DNA of 64,000 nt from Sphaerodactylus townsendi. Lineage: Eukaryota. The notes below the pieces were generated by a model. It searched no databases and was not told where the DNA came from. It saw nothing but the letters and a program-made list of their open reading frames with translations. Each line of letters starts with the position of its first letter. Position 1 is the first letter of the stretch. The stretch covers positions 93,620,001 through 93,684,000 of the forward strand of contig NC_059433.1 of the NCBI RefSeq assembly GCF_021028975.2. The letters are read 5' to 3'. The position numbers were made by a program, and so were the translations under genes. Below, piece by piece: positions 13,478 through 26,782 of the stretch.

Positions 13478-13625
13478 AGGCAAGAGACAAGCGGAGATGG
13501 TTTGCCAGTGTCATCTTCCGTGTAATAATTCCAATTTTTTTGATGGCCTCCCATCCAAATACTGAACATGGTCAATTCTGCTAACTACCAAGCTCTGACA
13601 AACTCAGGTTAAGCTGAGTAATTCC
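13478..13625 (-). mobile_element. Degraded 5S-headed SINE
   Basis: GGCAAGAGAC...GGTTTGCCAGTG...CTCCCATCCAAATACTGAAC is the reverse complement of a 5S box C region plus SINE body. Confidence 0.55.
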
Positions 13626-14495
13626 AGCTGCTTCTTAAACATACCTTAAACTTGCAAAACCTTATACACTAATTACTTATTTAGTGTACTAATTACTTAT
13701 TTTTGTAAATTTTTAAAGGCATATCTTTCCATCTTTCCCTTCCCTCAGCAGGTCCCATGATCTCTGCAAAGCTAATGCCAAGAATAAAGGGAGAAAAAAG
13801 TCATGCAACATGGTGAGGACTACATTTAGAAAGGGAAATATTGTGCTGTTGAATATTTTGCCTTCTTCCTCTTCGTCAGAGCGGCACATGGCATGTTGTG
13901 CACTGGGAAATGATGGGGCTTCTATGGAAATGGGAAAGTATGAAGTATGAAAGATCCATTTTTGCTACTTACTGGCATGCATAGGATCAAACTAGGTAAG
14001 TCTCAAGTCCAAACTAAATTGTCCAGCAGCAGCATGGATGTTTCCTGCCTCTCCCCTTCTGCCGCATCCCTCTGATCTCCATGAAATCAAGAAAATAGTG
14101 GAGCCTGAGGAATGATGTGAAGGGGTCTTTCACAAGTAGCAGATATTGGTGGAAATTACTCTTTATAGTCCCATCCAATGGGTGAGGACAAAAGGGCTTT
14201 AGGAGCAGTAAGGACTTGCACCGCACATTGTCCCTCCCCAGGGCACTTACCCCAGTGAAGATGGCAGATGACCTGGCAGCCACCTATCCCTTAGCCCCAT
14301 GCTGCAAAACCCAAAAGTCTGTGCTGCTGCAGGCTGCACTGGCATACCAATTGGATACCAGCATGGGCGAGGGCAAGCCAGGCCATTCCTGGGGATAGAG
14401 CCAGCATTAGGCAGCTCCCTTCCAAGGTTAGGATTGGGAGCACTGAGCCCCCAACCCTCGGAGGGTGACGTGAGTTCTTTCCAACAGCAGGAGGG

Positions 14496-14803
14496 TGTAA
14501 GGAACCTCAAAGGACTCGAAATATAGCAACTGAGTTCAGTTCTTTTATTTCATAAACTTCAACGATCACACTACATGCAATGCGGATTCTGACCTTCCCG
14601 GGCTCAAGCTGTCGCTTTTACGGACAAGACGGCCCCTCCCCAAACTCCCAAACACAATTCCCACGACAGAGCGAAAACAAGCTTCAAACACATATGATAA
14701 GCGCAGTAAGGTTAAAGGCAGCAACCATCCCGGGCACTCAGCCCAGAACGTGGAATGTGCCAAGGCCAGGATAGCGGAGCAGAAACTAACCCCCAACCTT
14801 ACA
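14496..14803 (-). mobile_element. Solo LTR, 308 bp (Gypsy-like)
   Basis: Inverted termini TGTAAGG...CCTTACA; 5-bp TSD GAGGG/GGGGG; AATAAA on minus strand (~14545); CpG-rich, so relatively young. Confidence 0.75.
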
Positions 14804-15877
14804 GGGGGTTTCGGACATGTTTCTTACTCCACATGCTGCCAGCGTTGGCACTGCAACCTACCACCTCTGGCTTTGGAAGGGGCTGTTAGTTTGGATCAAA
14901 CTCTGTTTGTAGAAGATGACCTTTTCAATAATCATATTTAGCCCTGATGTTCCTCATCTGGCAACTATCACAAAGATTCCAAAAAGACTCTGCTTTTGGG
15001 AATGTGGCTAAAATGATGGGAAGGAGGTGAAACAATCCTGCTTATTGTTCACAATCTATTTTGTCTACATCTCTTCATGCTTGTGAATTGTAAAGAAAAA
15101 AGATGACATTTCTTTTCTTCTCTGGTTCCCTCTTCACCTGAAAATGCAATTCTGTGTAGTATTAACAATTGGTTGCCTTGGAAATAATTTTATTCCATTC
15201 TAAAGGTTACAATTTCAACTTGAGGTGTGACAGCACATGTAACGGAAGGGAGCACAACTTTGTTGTCAGCCAAATGTCCTTTAAATAAAGAACAAAAAGG
15301 GGGCTAGTGTTAGGAAGAAGTGATGCATAAGCCCATTTTATCAAGATCCCGCATTTCTGAAGTCCTGAGGCTTGAGAACAGCTCCAAATGACTGCACTCT
15401 AAAATAGATTGTGTGGGTGAACAAGATGTTGGTGGACAGCAAATGAAATGATGGCTGTGAGGTAGGAAAACACTCTGATTCTGTTAAAAGAAAACAAGTC
15501 CCCTTTTAATCTGAATGCATTTTAGTGTATAAAGAGGGAATCATAATTACCTAAGTGCAAACAATCAAGACGAAAGATTCTCTTCAAGCTAGCAACATGT
15601 ACTACAGAGACTTAGCACTGCACAAGATGCTAAGAGCTGGCACAGTTTCCTTCCCACACCTTAGCACTTGTTAAAGAGAACAAAGGGAGAAAATATTGCT
15701 GAATGTTGTACAGAACTGGTCTTGCTGGCCCCAAGAGTAATTTTTTTCCTGTTTTGCCAAGAATGATGGAGCTCTTCGGAAATATTATTTTATTTATGTA
15801 GGTTCTTTTATGTCATTTTTCTCCACAGTGTGTGGACTCAGAGCAGCTTCCAATATAGCAAGGGGCACCACAACAAT

Positions 15878-16097
15878 CAAGGTTGCCAATTCTAAGTAGA
15901 GAAATTCCTGGAAATTTGGAGCAGAGTATTGGGGAGGGGGCAGGATTTGGAGAAAGGAGATACCTCAGCAGAGATGTGATCCCATAGAATCCACCCTCCA
16001 AAGCTGCCATTTTCTCCAGGGGAATTAATTTCTGTAAGCTGGTAATCAGTTGTGATTCTGTAAGATCTCTAGGCTCCACATGGATTCTGGCATCTCA
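15878..16097. mobile_element. Dispersed ~200-bp non-autonomous DNA-transposon family (AGGGTTGCCA...TGGCAACCCT termini), copy
   Basis: Shares the core CCCTCCAAAGC(T/A)GCCATTTTCTCCAGGGGAA with copies at 26582, 31490 and 38628. Confidence 0.6.
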
Positions 16098-16714
16098 AAC
16101 AGCAATCCATCAACTAGAACAAGTCTACCTGTCATCTACAAGAAAGAGGAGGAGCACAGCACATGTTAAATACTTCCTTCAGTGGCGACAGTCCAGAAAG
16201 CAGTTTGCCTTTAGTCTTCCAAGGGCTAGAGAAGTTGTGAAGAGCAGAGAAGTTGGTAGAAGCTCTCTCCCCAGGCCCTTATTCTAATTAGCTAATCATA
16301 ATTGCTGTCAGTAGAAACACCTGTAGCTTCAGGCAAGTCCTGAACTTGAGATACTTGTGAATACATTTGCTTATGAATACATTTGCCAGAATGCATCCTT
16401 CTTTTCCTGCCATTATTTTTGAAGCCTAGTCTCCATAATAGATCCATAGAGCTAGGATTCAGTGGTAGAGTATCTGCTTTGCATGCAAACAGTTACAGGT
16501 TCAAGTCCTGAATCCTCCAGTTAAAACAAAGGCAAGCAATCTTTCAGCAATAGTCAAACCTGTACAACCCCCACCCCTTGCATGCCTGAAAATGTACAGT
16601 TTAACGTTGCTGATACTTGACATGTTGATCCATAATATTTCCATAGCCCAAATACCACTTATTGCAAGGCCTTTATTAGGAAGTGCCCTGTGTGAAAGAT
16701 ATCAGAAGATGAGG

Positions 16715-17020
16715 AGGAGTTTGTATTGATAGCCTGCCTTCCTGTTATGCAAGGAAACTCAAGGTGGCTTACAAACTTCTCCCCCCCCCCGCACGCACAC
16801 ACACACACACACACTCCCCACAACAGACACCTTGTGAGGTAGGGGCTGATAGAGTTCTGAAGAACTGAGACTAGTCTAAGTTTAGCCAGCAGGCTTCATG
16901 TGTAGAAATGGAGAAACAAATCCAATTCACCAGATTAGAGTCCACCACTCATGTGCAGGAATGGGGAATCAAACTTCAAATTAGAGTCCACCTGCTCTTT
17001 TTAACCAGTACACCATACAC
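16715..17020 (-). mobile_element. tRNA-derived SINE (Squam3-like) with internal (CA)n
   Basis: Matches 2340-2755 (CCCCACAACAGACACCTTGTGAGGTAG...CAGATTAGAGTCCACC...TTAACCAGTACACC). Confidence 0.75.
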
Positions 17021-19954
17021 CAAAAGTAACAGATGTAAAAAGAAGCACCTTGGCCAATTAGTTCAGCACCCTGGCTTAAATATCTGCATGGTTCTCACTT
17101 GGATTCCTCTGTTCATCTCTACTATTTCCTTCTCTGTAAAACATCTCCAAGAAGTCATTTAGCTCTCTGAAAATCTTTGCCTTCACATACTGGTTACTCT
17201 AGCAGCATATCTACCCCTTCAATATACGTCTATCTTTAAAATATGTTATTTTCTTTCTTAAACAGCCATATTTGGCTCTACAACCATAAGTTACGTACCT
17301 TTCAGTTAAAGGATCTCTTTTAGCAAATTCTGGAACATTCTCTTCTCTGCATTTGAAGATCTATCACCGATCAGAGTACACAATCAGTATAGTCTGGTCC
17401 AGTCTGCCAAATTCTGTTAGATGGATCAATGAGTTAGTTGAGTCAATGGCTAGATAGTACAAGGTGACTTTACATGATATGAACAAATATAATGGCACCC
17501 ATAAACTCTGTAGCAACTTTTCTTTGTATAGACAGAAATGTTCAGTAATAGCATTACATTACAATATAAAGGTGATCTTTTGCCAATATGAACCTCAGTC
17601 AATGTAAGCTGTAGCTGGCTTTGGTTTAATGAAGACTAACTGATAAACAGCAGCCTGGAATCCAATTTTCAAATTGACCCTGATTCCTCTCCATCCCAGA
17701 GGTATTTTGTTCCTAAGAGCCCAGCATGGCCCTTTGGGTAGTAAAAGGGAACCCTGTCTTTTTCACCACCCAAAAACCTAGTTGGAACCAACCCATTATG
17801 TAAATAGTATTTAAACCCCTGTCCCCCCTTTTAAAAATCCATTTTTATTTGATAAGTATTTACTTGAATATTTAAGATGAAATGCATTTAGATGTTCCAT
17901 TAAAATTTATAATGGCATTGAGCCTGTCAGTAGTTTGTCATCATTATATACTGTAAAGCTTCACTTTGCTGGGAGGAGCCACTGGATTCATTGGGGCTGG
18001 CTTCTAAGTAAACAGGCAAAGTATCAGGAATGAAAGCTCCAATTTTTCCATTCCATGGCAGCAAATGAATGCACACGTAAGACACATTTGCTGAGACATT
18101 CATTCAGTGCTGCCTCTCTCCATCCTTTCCATCAGCTTGTGGTATTATAATGCAGCTGGGACTCAATAATACCAGAATGCAGTTTTAATTCTGAAGATCA
18201 ACTCCAACTTTTGCTACCTCCTTTACCAAATCCTACTTCTTTGACAAGGTCATAGTCACCAGACACCCCAAAAGTAAAAGACAGCATGGTGCCTGTTTCA
18301 AACAAAATGGCAACAATGCATATTGGGAGGATTATGGGTGTGTATGTCCCTGATACACGTAACTGAATCTTCCACAATATCATGCCTGAAAAAATGTAAT
18401 AGTTCTGTAAAAACACTGGCATAATTCTTTTTTCAATATCCTGAATCTACCCAGAACCTTCTGGGTCTAAGCTTCTATTCTGAGCTTTCTAGACTTCAGA
18501 AAATGGAAGCTTTGCTTCTCAACTTTCAACTGTTAGGTTAGTCCCTTGATTTTCTGCTATATGTTCAAATGTTTTACTTAACTGGATAACAAACAGGGAA
18601 GAATATAAAAGTGAGAATCAACATGTGACAAAAATCACAGATCTCCATAAAACTCCAAGGTAAAATGCAGGTGCTTGCAGTCCCAATGTAGATGGGGGGC
18701 GGGGGTGTGGAGACAGGGTTTTACCACCTGTTATTCCAAACAGAAGCCAGTCCCCTGTGCTATTATTAGTGCTTTCAAATAAAAATGTTTATTTTCTAGA
18801 CCAGTTTCTATTAGTAAATGTGCCTGAGTTGACCTCATGCTCCAGAATTCTACCACTACACATGACAACTTCACAGAACCTACTGCTTAATCATCACTAC
18901 TTAATTAGCTTTTTGTAGGGATGCATATTTAGATGACAAAAAGACAACTCCAGAAGGATGCTAAACTAGAAAAACAAACTTGGACTTTTCACAGAAGCCA
19001 AAAACACAACTGTATATTGATATCAACAACATATTCCATACCAAGTCCAATGAGTATTCTATGACAGTGCCTGTTAATGTGGTCTAACCAGTAACAGCAG
19101 TTGGGGTTTGTTCTTAAACAGAACATCCTTGGTATACAGGCTTGCAAGAGAGTCTGGCAACTTATTCTTTATAGTGAATTCCCCCTTGCTGTTCCTTAGG
19201 GTTAGGTTGCTGTTACCAGGGGCACATATAACTGCTGTTTCTGGACAAAGGAACAAGTCTTTTGAGCTCTGGTCAACAAACTGAGTAAGTGAAGAGCCAC
19301 TTGGATAAGAAGCAGAAAGCCAAGGTTCAAGATCCCTCCCAACAAGTCCTGCTGTCCCCCAGCACCCAATTTCCTCAAACCCACCTGTTTGAGGAAAATC
19401 ATAAGCCACTTCAGCACAGCAGGAAAGATCAGATGGGCGGTGGCCCACTGCCTGAAGATTCCTTTGCTGCTGAAGGGGCAAACATTAGTAGCCTACTCCT
19501 GGCCATCCCAACCCTTGGCTTGCTCCACCCCCAAACCTCATAAGGAGGTTCCACAAAAGGGTTAGTTCACCAGCTCACCCTCACCAAGAGATCAGTCCCC
19601 CATGCACAATCTGCCACCTGGCTATGATAGAGTAAAGCATGCAAACAACAACATACTGAAAACAGGGAGAGGTGGGTGGGGATCAGAACAGGCTTGGCAA
19701 AGCAAGAGGGCCGAGGTGTGCCTGGCCCCGCCTATAAAGACACAGGTGGGACCTCCTGACGTCAGGACGCTGCACCCTAAGGTCAGCTGGCGATGGCGAG
19801 TCAGGCCGTGCATGCCCAGATGGGCCCCCTCAGCGCACCCACTGCCCCCCAAGGAGGGAGGAGAGAAGTGGTGAAGATGCTGCCACCCCTCCCTGGCCAG
19901 CAAGGGTGGCCACATTCAGTTTTGGCTGCTTTCTTTTTTGAGCTTCCTTTAGGG

Positions 19955-20112
19955 CAGGGGTGGCCAACCTATGGGGCTCCAGATGTTCATGGACTACAAT
20001 TCCCATCAGCTCTGCCAATTGACCATGTGAGCAGGGGCTTGACCATGTGAGCAGAGGATGATGAGAATTGTAGTCCATGAGCATCTGGAGCCCCATAGGT
20101 TGGCCACCCCTG
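19955..20112. mobile_element. hAT MITE (palindromic, 158 bp)
   Basis: Long TIRs CAGGGGTGGCCAACCTATGGGGCTCCAGATG / CATCTGGAGCCCCATAGGTTGGCCACCCCTG; perfect 8-bp TSD CTTTAGGG. Confidence 0.92.
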
Positions 20113-23100
20113 CTTTAGGGAATCAGGGGATATCCCTTAGGGTGCAAGATTAGCTTATGTTCCTGTAATTGTTCATTTCTGTTAATGGTGGGAAGTGTCA
20201 ACAGTTTGTAGCTGACTTATTGTGACCCTGTAGCATTTTCACAAGAAGAGATATGCAGAGGTGGTTGGCAATTGCCCATCTCTACATAGCAACTCTAGAT
20301 TCCTTGATGGTCTTTCTACCTTACCATAAATGCCAGTAAGATCTGTTAAGATATCATGGTTAACAGTGGGATAACAGGGAGGTTCTGGCTTCAAATCTCC
20401 TTTCATCCTCAACCACACTAGATGACCATCACAGATAATAAAAAAACTACCCTATATTCTCAGGTTCTTGCAAGATAGCAGACGGGAAACACTTCACACA
20501 CTGAAAAAAAATCTACAATTTAAGAGAGCACAAGCAAAAGGGGAAATGTTTATACATATTCCTGGCTTCATTTCAATAATCGCTAGCACTTAGTGTATGT
20601 CATCATTTGATTTTTACATTTGTGTCTCTTGTATTTCAAATTAAAAATACTACAGCCAATTTAACAAGCTCATACATTCGATGTTGACATTTCAATTACA
20701 TCCACTGTATATAAACAAAAAAAATCAATAGGCTTTTGCTTGCCTCAAATCTGACCTTGAAATTGGTTCATATTTATTTCATTTTGTTTTACTTCACTCT
20801 CTTTTGCCTCCATATACACATTTAATTTCCCAACTGTTGGTCTATGATGATGGTAATGAACACCATTGTTCTATGATGCAAATAAATTCCAAAATATGCT
20901 GTTGGCTGATGAAAGGGAAATATGATTTTAATTTTGCTTTACTTGCTCTTGGGTACACATCAGTAAACTAATTATGAAGTACACCTCAGCTATCTTTTCT
21001 GAGGTAGGAGGAAGACTGCTGATTACAAGTTTTGTCTTTAACTGTATTTGATGAATCATAGTTAACAGTAGTGTAATTACACAACCTATTTTAAGGTTTA
21101 GAACAAAACAATATGTGCCATGTTATAAGGTAGTACTTTGAAAAGAGAAAAATCTTAACAGTCGTAGTGTATTGGTTTTGCTTTGAAAATGAAGTAACAA
21201 CCAAAGTTAGCATCTCACCTATAAATTTAGCAAGGCTTTGTTATTCTATCTGAATAGGATGTAGGCCATTTATGCACTTGCGATGTTTAGTTGATTCGAT
21301 TCTTTTGCCCCCACCCCCACCCTAGGCATCTTGTTTGATTTTACACACCCCTTTCCCCAGCCTTTTTCCCACCTTTACCCCTCAAATCTGCTGCAGGGCA
21401 TCAATTTCTCTAATGAATAGGATTCCGCTTTTGATGCCCTGGGTTTCCATCTTCCACCAAATTGATCCTGCTCTCTTACTTAGGAGTAAATCTCATTAAC
21501 CTCAAAGTAAATATGCATAGAATTGAGCTACATATCTCAGAAGAATGGTTAGGGATAAAGAATGAGAGAAATAATTCATAGGACTAGAACTTAAGTAATA
21601 TTTGGGATTATGAGTTAATGGAATATTAAAGAACGCACACTCATTGGTGACTCCAGACATTAAAATGTTTTAACCCAGGATAAAAAGGTTGCTCTTTTAT
21701 ACAGCAAATGGACAATTCTCTTGTAGTAGTCAATTATAGTTTAAAATGGAGATCACTCCAATCCAATGCATGGATCCTGTTCAGTTATATACTTCAGAAG
21801 GCAAAATGTCATTATTTATCTTTTTTTAAAAAAAAAAGTAGAAGTACTTTGTTACAAATATTAGTGTGCTGATAAGCAGGTGATTTATTAAGGAGAATTA
21901 GATCTTGATCAAAATGAGGTTTTCAGATGCCATTAAGAGTATCCAGGGGTTGAAACAAAAAGATCCTGAGGTTTACAAAATATCTTTCTGATTGTGTTTA
22001 ATTTGTTTAATGGTGCACAATTGCTTAATGGTGCACAAAGTGCATTGTTTGCATTACTGTGCACTCAAAAAAAGTTCTCATGCTCAAATATGTGAAAGAC
22101 AGCAATCCTAAACAGGTCTACTCAGAAGTCAGTCCTAATTTATTCAGTGGGGCTTAATCCCAGAAGAGTGAACTATGCATTGCAATGTCATATACAAGAG
22201 CCTACACTCCACCCATTAAGATATACCTTTCCTCACTTATAGCCATTATCACTGAATGATTACAGAATTTATTAATTATCAGAAAGCTCTGCAATACAGT
22301 CAATCCATTGGCTATTGCCCTGAGCACAAACAGGTTTTAGAGGTCACAACAGTGCATGTTTAAAGGAAAAAGCTATTCTCATAGGCTGTGCATAGATGAC
22401 CATGTTGGAATAAATTGAAAAAGAAAGGGAGAAAAAAAATTCAAATTGCTTCCTTGAAATAATTTAAATGGTTTCATAAAATATATGTTCAAAATACTGC
22501 CAGGGATGGAGCAGTTCTCTTGAAAAGCAACATGGTTATACCATTGCTCAGAGTAAAAAACATTTCATCTAATTAATTTGACAACTGCATGAGATCATAA
22601 CAAGCAAGTATTGCTTTTTAAAAATGAGCTTTTTATAAACTGCAATTTTATTTCTGTAGGAAAATAATATTTAAAATCTTGGTAATATACAATGTACTTT
22701 TGTCCATGCCACACACCACATACACGTATATAAATCTCAAAGCCACATAATAGACATGCCTAATAGAGGTTGCCAGGCAACAACATAGCTCTTCTGTAGC
22801 TTAGATGATCGGGATATATTTTTCTGGGTATTAAGCCTTATGTGCCAAGGATAATTAAATCAGTTGCTTTTCCATTGCCCCTGCCTTTCAGCTGTTAAGC
22901 GAGGGCAGGCTTCTTTCTGCCTCTGTAAAGGTCTATTGATTTCAGTGAAGCTATAGCCAACACAGAGCTCCATGAGGGATAAATTCCTAAGCGAAAAACA
23001 TTCTGGACAAGCTCTGGTGAATGTTAATGCTGCATTTGCAACAGTTCTTTGAAATTTTGCACCCTGGAAAGCAAACTGTCATCTAAGTTACAATAACATA

Positions 23101-23660
23101 TCAGCAATTCTTCCCTTTGACGAATGGGATACAGGACCTGTTGTAACATTCTCCCTATTCTTTGCAAAAAATGAATGGTCCTTAGTAATTCTGAGTATCT
23201 TGCTGATACATCTGTGTGCAGGTATCACAGGAGATGCAGCATAGGGGAAACCACTTCAATGTTTTCTTACTCCTGTCAAATACTGATGCTTAACTATTCC
23301 TCTTCTGTTCAAAAAGACTGAACTGGAAAGCCAAGACAATGTCTGGAAGCTCAGATGGGTGCATAGCAATTCAAGCACTCACAATTCCAGATTGATCAAA
23401 AGTTTTCACACAGGGAAAGAAAAATATATGGCTCCAAAATAAATGTTAGTTTTGGCAGGAACCTTAAATAAGAAACTGATGCTTTTGGAGGCTTTGATGG
23501 GGGGGGGGGGGGCGGGGTGTTTCTTTTCATTTCACTGCCATCTTTTAAAACTTACTTCTGTTTGTTTCTCATTGTTCCCCTTTTTTCTCCTAATCACAGG
23601 ACTTATTGTTTGGGCTGGGAAAGGAAGATTCCAGGACTGAAGTTGTTTTCAGATCTGCAA

Positions 23661-23800
23661 GGCTGATTCCGCATGGGCCAAAAACAGCAGTGTGAAAACG
23701 GGGTGAAAATGGTGTAAAAGGGTTTAAAATGGTGTAAAAGGGTTTATACTGTTTTCACACCGTTTTCACACTGCTGTTTTTGGCCCGTGCGGAATCAGCC
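23661..23800. mobile_element. Palindromic PIF/Harbinger-type MITE (140 bp)
   Basis: TIRs GGCTGATTCCGCATGGGCCAAAAACAGCAGTGTGAAAACGG / CCGTTTTCACACTGCTGTTTTTGGCCCGTGCGGAATCAGCC; TSD CAA. Confidence 0.85.
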
Positions 23801-26581
23801 CAAGTTAGTGCATGCCAATGTCTTGCCTCCAGTGCCTCAGGGAATCTTTTGGTTTTAAACCTGTGCAAGGATGGACATACCCCCTCCCTCTGTGCAACTG
23901 TCAAGTTGTCTGCAGGCTGCAAGCACATGGAGAAAGTGCACACACACACACCCTCACTGTGCTTCATTCAAGAAGAAGCACTGCTGATCATAGGCAGGGG
24001 CTATACACGCAGGCACTTTCTCCATGTGTTTGAACCATTGAGATGACTTGGTGATCATACAGAGGTGGGGGAACAGGATTGATGCATTCATGCATTTTCT
24101 CCCTCCCCCCCACAGTGAGTCCAGATGCGATTGAATCATTGGGACAAAGCTACAATGGCTCAGTATACCCTGGATAATGTAGCCCTAAGATGCCTGAGAG
24201 TACAAAAGTATCTTTGATATGCCTGGAATTATATTTCCCAGGAAGCAGCTAGGATAAATAGAAAGAATATTTAAAGTTCTGATTGTTGACCTGTTCGATT
24301 GGTCAAGTTTGATTGTATTAGTAGCATAACTGGCACTGACACCAACCCAATCTAAATAGTAAATGAGGAGAAAATTCTGCATATTAGTTACATTATTTCT
24401 TCTTCCCATTCCTCTGAACCCACACAGTGCAACACTAGAATAATGAAGAGATACAAATACTACTACTAGTGTATGCTGTTAGTTTAAACATTGAATTATG
24501 TTAATAATATAAATAATAAGCTGATCCTAAGCTATCATGAGAAGGCAAATTATATAGTCTGTTGAAGCTAAGCAAGTCAGGGTATCATCATAAGTAAGTA
24601 AATAAATAAATCAGAATCTTATCAACAATGTTTTGGGTGCATTAGTTACAGTAATTAGTTAGTTTCCAAATATCCATCCCTAGCTATGGGCAGATATTGT
24701 TTCAACAAGTGAAAAGGAGCAAGGATCACAGAAATCCTTCTCCCATACTCCATGTGTTGGACTGAAAGTAAACACAGAGTTTCAACATATACTACATGAG
24801 AAATTATACACGTGTACAGTCAGGATACATAATGTATAAGGATTCCTCATCATGCAGAGGTGCCTGTATGGATATAGTTATGTATATATAGGCTCTATGC
24901 AGAATTTCAGTTCAGTAAGTTTAACCCTGGCAACTTGTTTAATTGGTGCCCATGAATACTACCAGCACAAGGTCTCTTCCACAAGAGCACCCTGCATCAG
25001 CAGAAGTGTTCTTGTATCAGAGGAGCATGAGAACACTGTTAAAAGAAAAATTAGAAATCAGCACAGTGCATGGAGATATGCAGTGCTTTCACACACACTG
25101 AAGAATGCACTTTTGATGCACTTAGCAATCATTTGCAAGAGGATTTTGCCATTTCACAATGTAAAATCCAGCTGCAAAGTGCATTGAAAGTGGATAGAAA
25201 GTATGTTATTCAGTTTATAAAGAGGAGGACGAGTTTGAATTTGTACCATGCTTTCCTCTCTTGTAAAGAGTCTCAAAACAGTTTACATTCCCTTCCTCTC
25301 CCCACAACAGACTCCTTGTGAGATAGATGGGGCTGAGAGAGTTCTGGTCCTGCTTTCCCTCTATCTGATGCTGAAATGATGATTTCATAAGGCTTTACAC
25401 TTTCATTTATTTAAAATTATGCCTGCGTGAAATGGATTACTCACTGAATAGTTCAAATTGATAATTGCAACTAAAAGACAACACAAATCAGGGTTCTCAC
25501 AAATCCAAGTTATGCATCTTTGGGCAAGAACAATTGGAGGGTAGGAGGCTGTGCCAAAGGTGTGCCATGTTATCTGTCTCAAGTCTTCCCAAAGTGTGCA
25601 ATCTAAACTGCAATGAACAGTCATTCTTCATTGTTCTTAGTTAAATACAGTGCCTTTGTTTGCCCATCACGTCATCCCTTTTTCCTTTAAAACTGCAGGG
25701 GAAAAATGTTCCCCACTTATGCCAAAAATATCCACTTTCTCAATATGCATTTTAACTGTAGTGTAATGAATTGAGATTCATCCCAAAGAAGCTTTTTCTC
25801 AGCTGTCATGTATTCTGTGTCCTCTTCACTTTAGCTCATTTTGATGCACTGAGTAGTGAAGATCCCTCTTGACATGATGGCTTTCTGAGTGACAGGCAGC
25901 ATACACATACAAAGCAGGATGTCAAAGAACACAGCATGATAAAAACCAACCTTACTTCAATATAGTTATGATAATACCATGCCGCTTAAAATTCTTGTCA
26001 GGCAAACCTTGTAGCTCAGAATATGTCTACCAGAGTTTATACATATTTGGAAGAGGCTAGTTTTGCTGGGCCTTGAAAGGTTTAACCATGTGTTAAGTAC
26101 AATTTTCCCCATTCCCCCTGCCCACTCAGGTTTACAGAAAACCATATAGCTTCTTAATAGAAACATATTCAAGGTAAAAGGTGTGAACACCTCAGATGTT
26201 AAGACAGCAAAATTTTGTCCTTAGATGTGAATGTAGTAGCCTGGAGTCTTTACTGTAATTTTGTTTTACTACAGTCCAGTATAGTAAAAGATGAGAGCTA
26301 CTCATTACATGCTGAATTTTCCATGTTAAACAAAAATGATTCTGAGATTGGTCCTTACTAGTTATATTGTAAGTATGCTGTTCAACTTGTGACATTTTAC
26401 TGCACAAGGAGTTTAGGGCCATCCTGATTCTACTTTGTGTGCAACAGATCAAACTGGACTCTTTTTTCAGAACCTTAGTTGAAGTTTAAGAGAAGTAGCT
26501 CTCCAAACTGAACCCATTTGATATTTGGTGGGCCAAGAGAAGATTGACTTTTAAAAACAAAACAAAACCAAAGGTCTATTA

Positions 26582-26782
26582 TAGGGTTGCTAGCCTCTAG
26601 GTGGGACATGGGCATCCCCAGAAATTACACTTCATCTCCAGACTACGGGGATCAGTTCCCCTGGAGGAAATGGATGCTTTGGAGTGTGGAGTCTGTGGTA
26701 TTGCTGCCCACTGAGGTTCTTGCAGTCCCCAGACTCCAGTCCCAAATTTCCAGGAGTTTCCCAACTTGGACCTGGTAACCCT
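26582..26782. mobile_element. Dispersed non-autonomous DNA transposon (TAGGGTTG...TAACCCT termini)
   Basis: Short inverted termini; core ATCTCCAGACTAC.G.GATCAGTT.CCCTGGAG.AAATGG.TGCTTTGGAG shared with 38628-38819. Confidence 0.65.

Noticed and set aside
16455-16525. tRNA gene-like sequence (also minus strand at ~42760-42830)
   Set aside because: Box A/B remnants but no intact cloverleaf; SINE head
19070-19920. Possible LTR or promoter (TATA CCTATAAAG, CRE TGACGTCA)
   Set aside because: Could not define termini or a TSD; motifs alone are insufficient
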